DNA from: Octopus bimaculoides
Taxonomy: Eukaryota
NCBI RefSeq assembly: GCF_001194135.2
Contig: NC_069000.1
Coordinates: 6,309,244-6,373,243, forward strand
DNA: 64,000 nucleotides
Direction: 5' to 3'
How positions within the stretch are numbered: the stretch's first letter is position 1; each line of letters opens with the position of its first letter. Shown one piece after another: positions 25,802-38,536 of the stretch. Position numbers and translations under genes: made by a program. The notes below the pieces were generated by a model. It was not told the DNA's origin and searched no databases. It was given only the letters and a program-made list of their open reading frames with translations.

Positions 25802-26948
25802 AAACTGTTTTGAATGCTGTGAATACTGAAAAATCAATAACATGACTGAAAACTGGTGTTCAAACACTGGTAAATGCTTATTTATGGTTTCCCACCACCT
25901 CTCAAAGTAATACAAATAAGATTCTCAGAGATAGTCTTCAACATTTTCAGGTTTGAGAAGTCTTTGAGTTCATTTTTTTTATAAATTTTAATTGAAGTGC
26001 TTTCAGCATTAGCCCCTTGTGAATGTTCCCTTCTCCCCTCAGTGAGACTTCCTTTTTAATCCTTTACCTATTCAGGCCATATTCCTCTTTGTTTTTTCCC
26101 CCCCGGGAATTTTGAAGCTTCACTTTTGACTATCTGAATATCTCATGTAGTGAGAATTGGTAAATTCCATGTGAAAATCCAGTCCAGCTAAACATTGATC
26201 AGACAGAATAAAGATAGAATTTGACTGTTTACCAATGTCTGCTTGCAGATAGCGCTATTTTAGGTGTTGTTTTGTGTTCACCCACACCCTCCCTCCCCCT
26301 CAATGTTTCAACAATGAACTTAACACAACTCAACACTTTTAAAGGGATATGAGAAAAATGGAAATTGCTTTCAAATTTTAGATTTTAATAATGATGGATG
26401 GCTTGAGGGCACAGATGAAGTTTCAAGCGAAAAGTGTCAAATGAAGGGCCTTAGTCCTTGATCAGCTGACAGTAATACTGATGGGATTAGATTCACAGAT
26501 AATTTCAGATGATTCCCTTAATTTTTAAGTACAGGCACTAGTCATTTCCTTGCATCCAGGGGCTGATAGACTGAAAGATGTAGCAATGTTTAATAGTAGC
26601 TCCTTGCTTTGATATACTGGGGTACACGACACTGATATGTTGCTTTCTTATTATTTTCTACTGTTAAGTATGTCATTTGATAAAATATATTTCTCTTTTC
26701 TTCTAATTGAACCTACAACATAATTACTAAGCTGCAGTGAAGAAAGCTTTAATTATAAAACAGTTGACTTGTTGTAACCTGTTTAAAAGCACTGGAATAT
26801 TGATAAGAAATCAAAACACTGTTGCAACTTCAGATATTTGAATCAGTACCTAGTAGAGGTGAAGGTAGTTGGAATAAGCTAAATGCATTTGTTCTTGGAG
26901 AATATAGGTGTGACTGTTTCTATTGATAATGTCTGCTTGCCCTGTTAG

Positions 26949-26978
26949 ACAGAACTAGGTCCCCAAAAGCTCAAGAAA
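26949..26978 (+). CDS. NCAM: 30-nt symmetric microexon (DRTRSPKAQE)
   Basis: tctgcttgccctgttag acceptor containing two TGC motifs, consensus A|gtaagt donor, open in phase 1-1. Confidence 0.65.
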
Positions 26979-27943
26979 GTAAGTATTTAAAATAGATTTG
27001 ATATCATTGGGCTTTGTGGGAAAACTCTACTCCGTATGAGCACTTTTCATTCTGTAAATATGGAACAACATATTGAAATGTCAAGATTTTGGAGGTGAAA
27101 CAAACTATAGAAATTTTCTCCCCGTGTCAGCTGTCAAGCAAACTAAAGACAACTTTGAGGAAATACTGCCATAAAGTTCCAGTAGTGTGACTGTGTCTGC
27201 ACGATTCTGGTTTCAATATCACCGCTGTACAGCACATAGCCTTGGCATGACTAAAGCCTTGAAGGTGAAATTTGCTTGACAAAACCCATGCAAACTTGCT
27301 GTCTGTGTCTGGGAGAAACTACTTGTGGAAATTGAGCACAAATACCTTATTACATTCAATTATACCCAGGTGGACTTTAGTGTTCATAAAATACTTCCCA
27401 GAGAAGTACTAACACTTGAAAGTGGTGCTATTACACAAAGAGTGAATTAACCAATTTCTAACATGGTTTGCGGTTGAGATTATTAATATAATTTCTATCA
27501 TACATAACACGTTGAGTTCAGAGATTTGTCTTATAACTCTAATTGATATAGTAATTACTGCTCATTATTAAAATTTTTTGACATTTTGCAAGTGTTTCAA
27601 AGTTAGTATAAAATTGGATGTTTTATTAGTTTTGCTTCCATTTTTGCTTTGGATTTGTATATGTGTCTGAGTGTATACACAAATGTGTATGAGAGTGTAT
27701 ACACAAATGTGTGTGTGTGTGTGTGTATGTATACATACACATATACAATAGTCTATATTTTACTTAGTATCAAGAATTTTGTTTTTAGTCCAAACAATAA
27801 GAAGCAGCATGAGTTATGTAAAGCTTCATCTAATGGGTCTTCATCCAGTGCATTCCCTTTTTTTTTTTTATTATTCCAGTATATGATTATTTTTTCTCTC
27901 TTCGATTCTACACTTAGTTTGCCATTTGCTTGTCTCTGCTTCA

Positions 27944-27983
<40 letters not shown>

Positions 27984-29403
27984 AAAACTTCGTACATTAA
28001 TCTCATGCTAACTCCTTATCTTTTTTTTTGTTTGTTTTTGATCAGTTTATTTTACTAATGTCATAATAGGTGTATTTTTATGAACTAGTTCAATGCATTT
28101 CTTTCTCATTTCTGGTTTATACAGACTCTATATACTTATGTATTTTTTATACACCTAAAGGATTTAATTATACATTTATGCTACATTCTCTTCAATGATT
28201 TCATCTTGTTTTCTATTCACTGTCAAGATTTTTACACCCACATACTATTTTAGGGGTTGTGGTGTGCAGTAATATAATTGTATTGTTACACATCTACCAT
28301 GGTTCGATTTTAGCAGTATCCTTCAGATTTTTTATTTATTCATTGATTCATGAGAAAGAATGATATTCTTTTGCTGTGAAAATACCACTTTGTAATTAGT
28401 TATTCTGGTGTTTTCTGCAACCATGATTTGTAAAAGTAAATTAAAAATGAACAAATGCAAAAATTCAGCCAGTTAAATTTTAGTGTAGCACTCTGAAGAT
28501 GCAGTTTCAATGATGGCAACCTTGAAAATGCTTCTGGTTAGAAAGGATTTTGTAGTTGAGCATCTCCTGTGGAACTTATTAGTGACTGCACCTTTATCAG
28601 TTGAAACCCTGCCAAGGTCCTTCTAGCATGGTTGATAAAATAATCACCAGCACAGGTGTTGATTTAATCTTTGAAACATGTAGCACTGTTTATAGTCGAC
28701 TGGAAGTACTGAGCTAAAATCTCATTCAGTATTTAATGTCCTTCCTCTAGACTTCAACCCATTTGTTTCATTTGAAATACACTGATTTTTGTTGCAATTA
28801 GTTTTGGAAATAATGATGAATTTAGTCAAATAATTTGGTCGTTATTAGGATGGTTTTTGGAGTATAAATTAACATGTAATTTTTATGGAAGTATCATTTT
28901 AAGATAAGCAGTCTCAAGATGGTTGGTGTCAAAAGGGTTAACGATTGAAGTCTTTTGTTAATCTATTCCCAGGTTAATCTTGATCCCGGCAAATGTACAA
29001 TCAAAGATGTCCCACCTGTGACCATTTTGCTCTTATGCTGTAAATGTTGGGGGGTTATATCTTCCCATTAAGACAATAGGGCATAATTTGAGAGACTTTA
29101 GCTGTTATTTCTAGTGACCATGTAGAGGTATTACCTGCAGTAATACAGCGTCAATGTTGGAAGTAGTTGAGATGGCACAGTGAGGTTTATCAGTTAAAGA
29201 GGTCAAATCCTGCCTCTGTCAAATCAGTCACCTGTGTTAGAGTGGGGGTTTTCATTGGCTTATGTTAATGTAGCTAATTAAATCAATCCAACCAGCGTAC
29301 AATCATTATCTATAATTAATTAACTAGTTTTTGTTTTGTTATTTCGGTGTTACACATTTAAAGTAATCACTATATTTAACACAAGTTAACCTTTATTAAT
29401 TAT

Positions 29404-29608
29404 AGCTGGCAAAATCGTTAGCATGCCGGACAAAATGTTGGCGGCATTTTGTCCGTTTTTACATTCGAAGTTCCACCAAGGTCGACTTTACCTTTCATCC
29501 TTTTGGGGGTTGATAAAACAAGTACCAGTTGAGCACTGGGGGTTGATGTAATCGACTTATCCCCTCCCTGAAATTGCTGGCCTTGTGCCAAAATTTGAAA
29601 TCATTAAT
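29404..29608 (+). mobile_element. SINE (family B)
   Basis: Similar to 19237 and 55460. Confidence 0.8.
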
Positions 29609-31431
29609 TATGGCTATTATGTTGGTAAAAACAAAGTTTACAAAACAGTTATTCCATTTGATTTTAAATGTTGTGTGTGTGTGTATGTATGTATATATAA
29701 ATAAAATGCGTGTGTGTATTCACTTGCATATTTTTTATTTCTTGGTTTTATTTTTGCTTTTAGACATGCACACATGCCTACACACATTTTTTTGTTTTGG
29801 TTTTTGTCAACTTTTTAGCTTCAAGTCCCTTTAGACCCTAGTAGTATTAGACCAACACTTGAGTCCCAACTATATTTTCCTTTATCTACTAGTATAGTTT
29901 CCCCCATACACATAGCCATTAGTTGTTGCAGCAGCAGTAGTAGTAGTAGCAGCCATGCACCACTTTCTGTCCTTGTTAGCAAGTACTTGTTGCACCTGAG
30001 CATTCTAGACAAGGTTTTACTTTATTCTTAGTACCACTTTCAAAACCAAATAACTGTTGCTGTGATGTTTATTAATGACTTTTGTATGTACTATTTATTA
30101 TAATTGTTATTATTTCATGAGTTTTTATCTATTTCAATGATCATCTCAGCTTCTATTATTTAACTTGTGCAGATATATAAACCCACAAGCTTATTTAGAT
30201 TGTCTTTATGCAATTTATGTTTAAATTTATAAGTTCTTTTTTTCATTTACTTAATGTTAATTTGGAGGAACTTGTGTACACCTGTGTAATGGTTTACCTG
30301 AGATAAATTTAGTAATTAATTGTTAATGAGTGGAACCATTACGTTATATCGGACATGTATGTCCACATTCAGAAGGTATAAGCCTTGATAACAATGATCA
30401 AAATGGAGGCACAAGCTATTAGATTTGGGAATATCCATGACATTGGTTAAGTAATCAAGAAAATTGTAATTTTACCCCAGGCAACTCAATATTTAATTTT
30501 CAAAATGGTTTTAATAAGAGTAAGGATAAATGTCATTGAGAAGTTTTTTCACATGGTTTATTTGCTTTTTCCCTTCAGTGTGTGTGTGTTTTATCTTTTG
30601 TTTTTCCCATAGGGTCGTGTTTTAGATTTAGAATTAATTGTGCATTAATTATGAAATGCAAAATGAATACGTTTAATAGGATGTGTGTATATAGAGAGAT
30701 AGAGATGTAATTTTCAGAGTTGGAAGTTCAGTTTCACCCCATCATTATTAGATGTTAGTGTTTCTACAGGAAAGCTCTTTAAATTTTATCAGTGTTTAGT
30801 GTTGTTAAATGTTTTTCTCCCTTAACTAAAATAGAAAAAGAACAAAAAAAAGCATTTCTGTTTGTCAATATATTTTTAAGTAGTTACAGTAATAATGTTA
30901 TTAGAATTATTGTTTAACATTCTGAGCTCAAATCTGCTGATGTCAGCTTTACCTTTCATCCCTCCAGGGGCAATATGATAAGTACCTGTTGAGCACTGAA
31001 ATTACTGTAATTAAATTCTCTCCCTCAAAATTTCAGGCTCTGTGCTTTAAATATAAAGTAATTGCTTCACATTCTGAGTTCAAATTCTGCTGAGGTCAAC
31101 TTTACCTTTCATCCCTCCAGGTACCAATCAAGTACTGGAATCAATGTATTCAATTAACACACACCCTCCCTGAAAAAATTATGGGCCTTGTGCCTATATT
31201 GGAAAGCATTTCTTTAATGATTTGTGTTTATTGAAAATCTCTAGATGTTTAGATGTTGTTATCACATCTCCACCAGCATATTGCCCTTGTTGGCAAGGTG
31301 CACAATTTCATGTTGTTACTAGTCAGACACCTAGTCAACATGGCAGAATAACCCAGATGGGAGGTGATGATGGTAGTCATGGGGTGAGGTTCGCATCAGA
31401 AAGATCAAATAACAAATCAGTTACTGAAATA

Positions 31432-32589
31432 CAGAATGCAAGGGGTATTTGAGGACATATGCGGTAATTCAATGAAACAACTCTAACCTAGCAAAAAACC
31501 AAATGTATTTGAATAAAAATGTCTACACATGTTCTTAATAAAGCTAACTTATAACATTATTCTATGAATCTACTTTTTACTTCATTGATGGCTGCAAAGT
31601 GGGACTGGAATTGTTGAATTGTTGCACTAAATGGTCCTTATTTGACATCCTTTGGACTTTGGTGGTCTTTAGTGACACTATGGCATTGTAAGGGTGTTGA
31701 TTGGTCTCCTTTTCAGTGATGTTCTGAACATAGTAATCCATGAAATTTAAATTTGGCATGCATGGAGGCCATGAGTTTGGAGTTACATGATCATAACCCA
31801 TTCTTGGGTTATGTGGGTGTTAAGTCTTGATGAAACACATTTGGCCTTCTACTACGTACTTCAACCATCCAGGGTTTAACAACCCTTTCCAGCACCTCTC
31901 CGTAACCAACATCATTAATTCTAAGACATAGAAAGATGTGAAGTGACACAACATGACCTTCATTACTCACTACTCCTAAAATCATAACAGTTGCTGGAAA
32001 TTTAGTGTACGTCAACTCTAGGATCATTGAAGGGTCTCTATACATAACCATCTATCGTTTCTCCTGTTAGATTTTGGCTCATCTCTGATGAGAAAAACCT
32101 CAGCCAATACCAAAACAAGCCATGTTTGTGAGGGTTTTACACCTTAAGGAACTGCTTGATGCTGGTCAGTTTTCTCGAGTCTTTGTACAAATAAATTGGT
32201 CTTTACTCAGTACATAGGACATGTATCAAATGTCCATATGCGCCACATTTCTGATAGTGTAATCCAACTCGTGAAGTTCTTAAACAATGGCCCTCATTGA
32301 TTTTTCTGGGATCATCATTTTCAACCTGTTGGATTAATTGTGGTATCTGAATGTCTAAGCTGAAACATTCCTGTGTGAGGCTTCTAACTTCATCTACACT
32401 TTTATGTACAAAAGCTCTTGCAGCATTTTAAGTGTTAGCAATTTCTAAAACATGGCAACAATCACTGAATGTCTTTTCATTTCTTGTATTAGCATTTTAT
32501 TTGCTGTGGCATATCTGAAAGAAATATAAACATTTTGTTTTGACGAGAGTAATATACTGATAATTTTCCTCAAATACCCTTACACCCTG
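31432..32589 (-). mobile_element. Decayed Tc1/mariner-superfamily element related to 13829-14627
   Basis: TA flanks and imperfect TIRs (cagggtgtaagggtatttgagga). Minus ORFs read KFPATVMILGVVSNEG...VFHQD and WPPCMPNLNFMDY. Confidence 0.85.
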
Positions 32590-33557
32590 TATTATTGATA
32601 AACTGGTGGGAGTCATTTTATTCAGCTAATTCTATTGATATTGTATATTACCATCGATAAGTCTTCTAATTTGCTGAATTATTAAAAAAAAATTTATGGC
32701 AATGTTATTTTCAAGTTTAGAATTTCCTACCTTTTAGATTAAAAATTTCTCTTTAATATTTTAAATTTGGAATAAGAATAATGGAAATGCTTATAGGAAA
32801 TTCTGTTTCATGCCAAATGGCCTAAATAATAATAGTGCATACCAGTACTAAATAGAATTAATAATTTTTGGTACAGTTTGAGATTGTCTAATCAGCAGAC
32901 TTTTGTTGAATGATTATAGTAACACATGACATTGTTTTCTTATGTATGTATATTATTTATTTAGCTGGTAAAAATAATTTCTAATGTCAGTATCTTAGTT
33001 TCTGTTCAGATTTAAAACAATGGCAGTCTATACAACACACTCAATACCAAAAATAGCTTTTGCTTTATTGTGCTATCAACTTTTTCCTTCAAGATCTTTT
33101 TTCGGTCTTGCTATATATATAAGAACATTTTTAATATCATATAAGGTGAAACTTTTGTTGCTTTAATTACTGCTGTTTATTACACATCAATAGTTTAACA
33201 ATTACATCAGTTAATTTTTCTCTGGAAATTTGCTTTTTATTTTTTAGAAATATCTGCAATCTTCATTTGTTGCTTTAATATTTCAATTGTCTTTGCTAAT
33301 TATTAGTCTTTTAAGAAAGTATTTTTAAATGAATGTTGAGTCCACATCTACCATCACTGCCCCAATTCCTCCCCCACCCCACTCCTTCCACTATTCATCC
33401 TTTATCGTATATATATATATATATATTGAACACATTTGTTTCTAAGTTCTAAAACTATAATTATTATTAATAGTAATAATAGTAGTAATAATAATTAAGC
33501 CGAAAGATCTTCAATAAATCCTGCCCATTTTTACTTGTTTATTTCTGTTCTTTTCAG

Positions 33558-33664
33558 TGGACACGGGTAGTCGAATAACGGATTCCACTGCATCTTTCAT
33601 CAGCAATTCTCACCTGTTAATGGCAGTGAATGCCTTCTTGTGTTGTCTGCTGGCACTGCTCTGA
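33558..33664 (+). CDS. NCAM: Alternative terminal exon encoding a GPI-anchor signal (VDTGSRITDSTASFISNSHLLMAVNAFLCCLLALL*)
   Basis: tttctgttcttttcag acceptor in phase 1. Small residues, a polar spacer and a 16-aa hydrophobic tail end exactly at TGA. Confidence 0.85.
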
Positions 33665-33730
33665 GTTTAAAAATAACAGCAACAAAAACAACAACAAAAA
33701 AAAAAATTATGAAAGACAGCCTCCCGTGCC

Positions 33731-34132
33731 NNNNNNNNNNNNNNNNNNNNNNNNNNNNNNNNNNNNNNNNNNNNNNNNNNNNNNNNNNNNNNNNNNNNNN
33801 NNNNNNNNNNNNNNNNNNNNNNNNNNNNNNNNNNNNNNNNNNNNNNNNNNNNNNNNNNNNNNNNNNNNNNNNNNNNNNNNNNNNNNNNNNNNNNNNNNNN
33901 NNNNNNNNNNNNNNNNNNNNNNNNNNNNNNNNNNNNNNNNNNNNNNNNNNNNNNNNNNNNNNNNNNNNNNNNNNNNNNNNNNNNNNNNNNNNNNNNNNNN
34001 NNNNNNNNNNNNNNNNNNNNNNNNNNNNNNNNNNNNNNNNNNNNNNNNNNNNNNNNNNNNNNNNNNNNNNNNNNNNNNNNNNNNNNNNNNNNNNNNNNNN
34101 NNNNNNNNNNNNNNNNNNNNNNNNNNNNNNNN
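33731..34132. other. Assembly gap (402 N) directly after the GPI exon
   Basis: N run. Other gaps: 482-625, 9957-9970, 24953-24977, 36966-36975, 37854-37863, 41084-41093, 50005-50097. Confidence 1.
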
Positions 34133-35765
34133 ATTTGGAAATTGAAGCAAGACCCATTTTTTTTTAAGGACCTTTTTCTTTTTAAAGTTTTTAAATAAAA
34201 AAGCTTAGCTCGGCTCCTATGTGCACACATTTTGTGCCTCCATCATATTACCCTGTGGAGGATTGATATCTTTCAGTAACAGTTAAAGAATTCTCTTGGA
34301 CTGTGTAGAGACTCTCGGAATTTCTTTTTTTTTTTTTCTCTCCCCCAAATTAAATCAATCAGTAAAGCTGTCATGACTCAAACTTTCTAAAACTGGAGAG
34401 AAAGAAGGGGAAGGTCACGAGGAGAGGGGTCGGATGTTGTCCAGTCCCCCTCCCTCTCTCTCTCTCTCTCCCCCCAACTTCTTACAAGAGTGAAAGTTCA
34501 TTTTTATCTTTTTTCCCCCCTTTCTCTCTCTCCATTGTGCAGCCACTTGAGTTAGGGTGACCAGAACAAACCCCCACCACCACCACCACCAAAAAACTAA
34601 TAATAATAAATGAAAATGAATTTTCATAATTGTTTGAGAGCGCGTACCTGTGTGTATATGTATGCGTGCGTGTGTGTGCATATGCGTATGTGTGTATGTA
34701 TGTACATATGCTCCCACATGCATCCTATTAAGTTTGGCATTACACATTCCCTGATATAATTTGGCTCAGTTGGTGAAGTGTGCATAGCAAATTTATTTTA
34801 CTTTATTATTATTTTTTTTTCTGCAGTGCTTGATCTATTACTACACAACACTATTATAATTTATTTTAAACCCCACCCCATCTCTTTCTCTCTTCTCTCT
34901 CTGTGCAAATGTATATTTTTCACCATTGGGTGGGTGAGGTTTATTTTTTATGTTCTTTCATTTCATTTTTCTCTTCTATCTCTAAAAGTTGAGTAAACCT
35001 AGTCAACCATTCCTTAAATCTCTCCGAACCAACAAAATATTCCTCAATTACTATCTTACTCTAAAGTGTAAACCCCCTCCCTCTCCAATTTAAGTATAAA
35101 ATTTTTCTGTTCTTTTTAAATTCTCAAGTCTAGGCTGGTATTTAAAAAAAAATAATAATCCTTCAGTTTTGCTTATTTCATATTTTTAAAAATCAGCTTC
35201 TATGGTATTAAAATAGCTTTTATTTCTCCACCCCTTCCTGATTTTCTTTCTTTACCTGCTTTTTCGGTTATGCTTGGAAGTGATTGTTGATGTTGACATA
35301 GTATCAGGTATGTAAATATAGTCTACAATGTAATTAGTAGTATACCTGTTGAATTTTTTAAAATCACTGCCTTCATAAATTTTACAAGTCTCATCATTTT
35401 AATTTAGGAAACTTGAATTCAGCCACCAGTTTACAAGGGATGGAAATTGATATTTCTGTCTCAGTGACTATTATCTTTGGCATTATTACAATTACTACTA
35501 CATGGTTATAAATCTATTATTACACTTCATCATATACAATTATTAATTGCAGAAGCTTATTCTCCAAACTTATGACAATTATCAGTTAATAATATTATTA
35601 TTCTGGAAGGTTTTAAGTTGCTTATATTTTTTTTGTTTAATTAAAAAGAAAAAAAAAGCAAACAAAGAAACAAACATTATTAGCGATTTAAAATGACTTA
35701 CTTAAATGTCTTTATTCTTGTGGGGTTTTTAACTTTCCCCCCCTGATTAGTTCTATTGGAGGCTA

Positions 35766-35805
<40 letters not shown>

Positions 35806-35819
35806 CATACATACATACA

Positions 35820-35857
<38 letters not shown>

Positions 35858-36150
35858 GCATCTTATGTTTAGAAAGTGCCACTCACCTCTATTCTTCTGT
35901 TATGCATTTTGGGAGTTATGGTACACTTGAAGTTTAGTTGTTTCTGCTAATGGATTCAACCATCAATAATTCCTTGAGTGTCTTTTATCATCATAATTCA
36001 CCCTATGACAGCCTCAACTACTCGTTTTCTTTTTTTTTTTCTTTTGTGCGCGTGTGTGTATCTGTTTTTGTTTTGTATGTTGAACATCTTAGGCTTGTGG
36101 CAGAGGGGTGTGGGGTGAAGGCGAACTGGTCCTGGTGTTTATATATATAT

Positions 36151-36952
36151 ATAGGAAAATGAAAAATGATATGGCAGAATGCTAAACTGGAAGCATATTT
36201 TAATAAAGATTTCTCTAACCGGCTTTCGTTGCGAAGCAAATTTTCAAGAAGAGGGAGAATGAAAATGTTTTTTACAAAGTACAAAATGAAGGAAATAATA
36301 TATAAAAAAAATAATATATATAAAAATAAACATACCAATACATTATATTGTCTTTGAGCTTTTGAAGTTCAGTGGTAATTCATGTATATAATGGTTGGAA
36401 AAATAAGGATGCATGAGAATTGAGAGCTGTGTTAGGTTTAAAAAAAGGGTTAAAAGTTTGTGTTAAGCAGGAAGTGTGGTGTTAAAACAGGAAGTGTGTG
36501 TAAGGGGAGACAAATGTTCTTAGTTGGAGTTATGAACTCTTTTTTTCAACAGGAAGTTTGTCTGTTCCTAGGAGTTCATAACTCCAACTAAAAACATTTG
36601 TCTCCCCTTACACACACTTCCTGTTTTGACACCACACTTCCTGCTTAACACAAACTTTTAACCCTTTTTTTTAAACCTAACACTGCTCTCAATTCTCATG
36701 CATCCTTATTTTTCCAACCATTATATACATGAATTACCATTGAACTTCAAAAGCTCAAAGACAATATAATGTATTGGTATGTTTATTTTTTTAATATATT
36801 ATTTTCTTCATTTTGTACTTCCTTGTAAAAAACATTTTCATTCTCCCTCTTCTTGAAAATTTGCTTCGCAACGAAAGCCGGTTTGAGAAATCTTTATTAG
36901 AATATGCTTCCAGTTTAGCATTCTGCCTTATTATTATTTTTCATTTTCCTAT
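36151..36952. repeat. Long inverted repeat: arms 36151-36539 and 36572-36952 with a 32-nt spacer
   Basis: Direct reverse-complement comparison shows about 6 substitutions and a few small indels. Confidence 0.9.
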
Positions 36953-37346
36953 TATTTCTCCACGTNNNNNNNNNNCATTTGTCTCCCCTTACACACACTT
37001 CCTGTTTTGACACCACACTTCCTGCTTAACACAAACTTTTAACCCTTTTTTTTAAACCTAACACTGCTCTCAATTCTCATGCATCCTTATTTTTCCAACC
37101 ATTATATACATGAATTACCATTGAACTTCAAAAGCTCAAAGACAATATAATGTATTGGTATGTTTATTTTTTTAATATATTATTTTCTTCATTTTGTACT
37201 TCCTTGTAAAAAACATTTTCATTCTCCCTCTTCTTGAAAATTTGCTTCGCAACGAAAGCCGGTTTGAGAAATCTTTATTAGAATATGCTTCCAGTTTAGC
37301 ATTCTGCCTTATTATTATTTTTCATTTTCCTATTATTTCTCCACGT
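36595..37346 (+). repeat. Identical 371-bp direct duplication flanking a 10-N gap (probable assembly artefact)
   Basis: 36595-36965 equals 36976-37346, separated only by Ns. Confidence 0.85.
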
Positions 37347-38204
37347 GCGGTTAACACAACCCTACTATTTGCTGACTTATATATATACATACACATATAT
37401 ATATATATATAAATGACTGTACAAGCATGAATCTCTGAAGGCATGTCTTTCTCCAGAGTTAGAAATATTTAATGACAGCACAGTGCTTGATTTTTTTGAG
37501 ATGTTCAGTGTTCTTGTCCCCCTCAATCAGAAACAACAAACAAACAAGTACAAAATATTTAAATTTCAGTGTAAATCTATAGACTTGGAAAAAAAAACAA
37601 ATCACAAAAGTCACTCCTTCAAAATCAAACTTAGGTTCTGTTTTATATCATTTTTGAATTAATCTTAAGTTCCTGTTTTTGTTCACTTGTTTATTTCTTT
37701 TGCTACATGTTTTTCATATTTTCCCAGATCTAGTCATTCATGTCTCAAGTTGAAAAAAAAAAACCTCAAAAAGCCTAAGTTTTAAAATGTTATCAGCTAA
37801 TCTCTCTTCCATTAAAAGCAAAAAAAAAAAAAAAATCAATCAATAGCTTATTANNNNNNNNNNAAATTTCAGTGAAATGAGTTTTTTTTTTTTTTTTTTC
37901 CCAAAGATTAATTTTAATCTTTTAGATTAGTATTAGAAAACTTTGACAACACACAAAAAAAAAGATCAAAAATATTCTTTTTTTATTGTTATTGGGTGGG
38001 GTGTATATTTATTTTTGTAAAAGAAAAATTATTTGAGATTTTTAAAACTGTGGCTTAGCTAGTTATTATTGGAGTCATCTGTTATAATTTTTTAGACTGA
38101 CTTACTGGGGTGTGTGGGGATTAATGTATTTACAAATTTTTAATAAGTTTTAGAAATATTTTAACAGATAATCACTATGTGATTCTTCCTAGATTGCTGG
38201 ATAT

Positions 38205-38247
<43 letters not shown>

Positions 38248-38480
38248 TGCTTAAATGAACAGAAAAATGTGTTTATTTTTCTTTTCTTTTCTTTTTGCCT
38301 ATTTATCACTCTTTGATGTATATATTATTTTTGGTTGCACTTCAAAATTTTCTTTTCGATAATTAAAGAATTAGTTTTAGTTTATTTTTTAAAAAAAGCA
38401 ACATTTAAAAAGCATTAAACTACTAAGCTGTAATAACTGGCAATATGCTTGAAAAATTTGCAATATTCTTTCACCCTACT

Positions 38481-38536
<56 letters not shown>

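Noticed and set aside
33600-34230. Long ORFs (147-187 aa) on both strands
   Set aside because: Made almost entirely of N-gap positions. The same applies to ORFs at 346-669 and 49914-50261.
36595-37346. 371-bp tandem duplication of the right hairpin arm
   Set aside because: The copies are identical and separated only by a 10-N placeholder gap, the typical signature of unmerged overlapping contig ends
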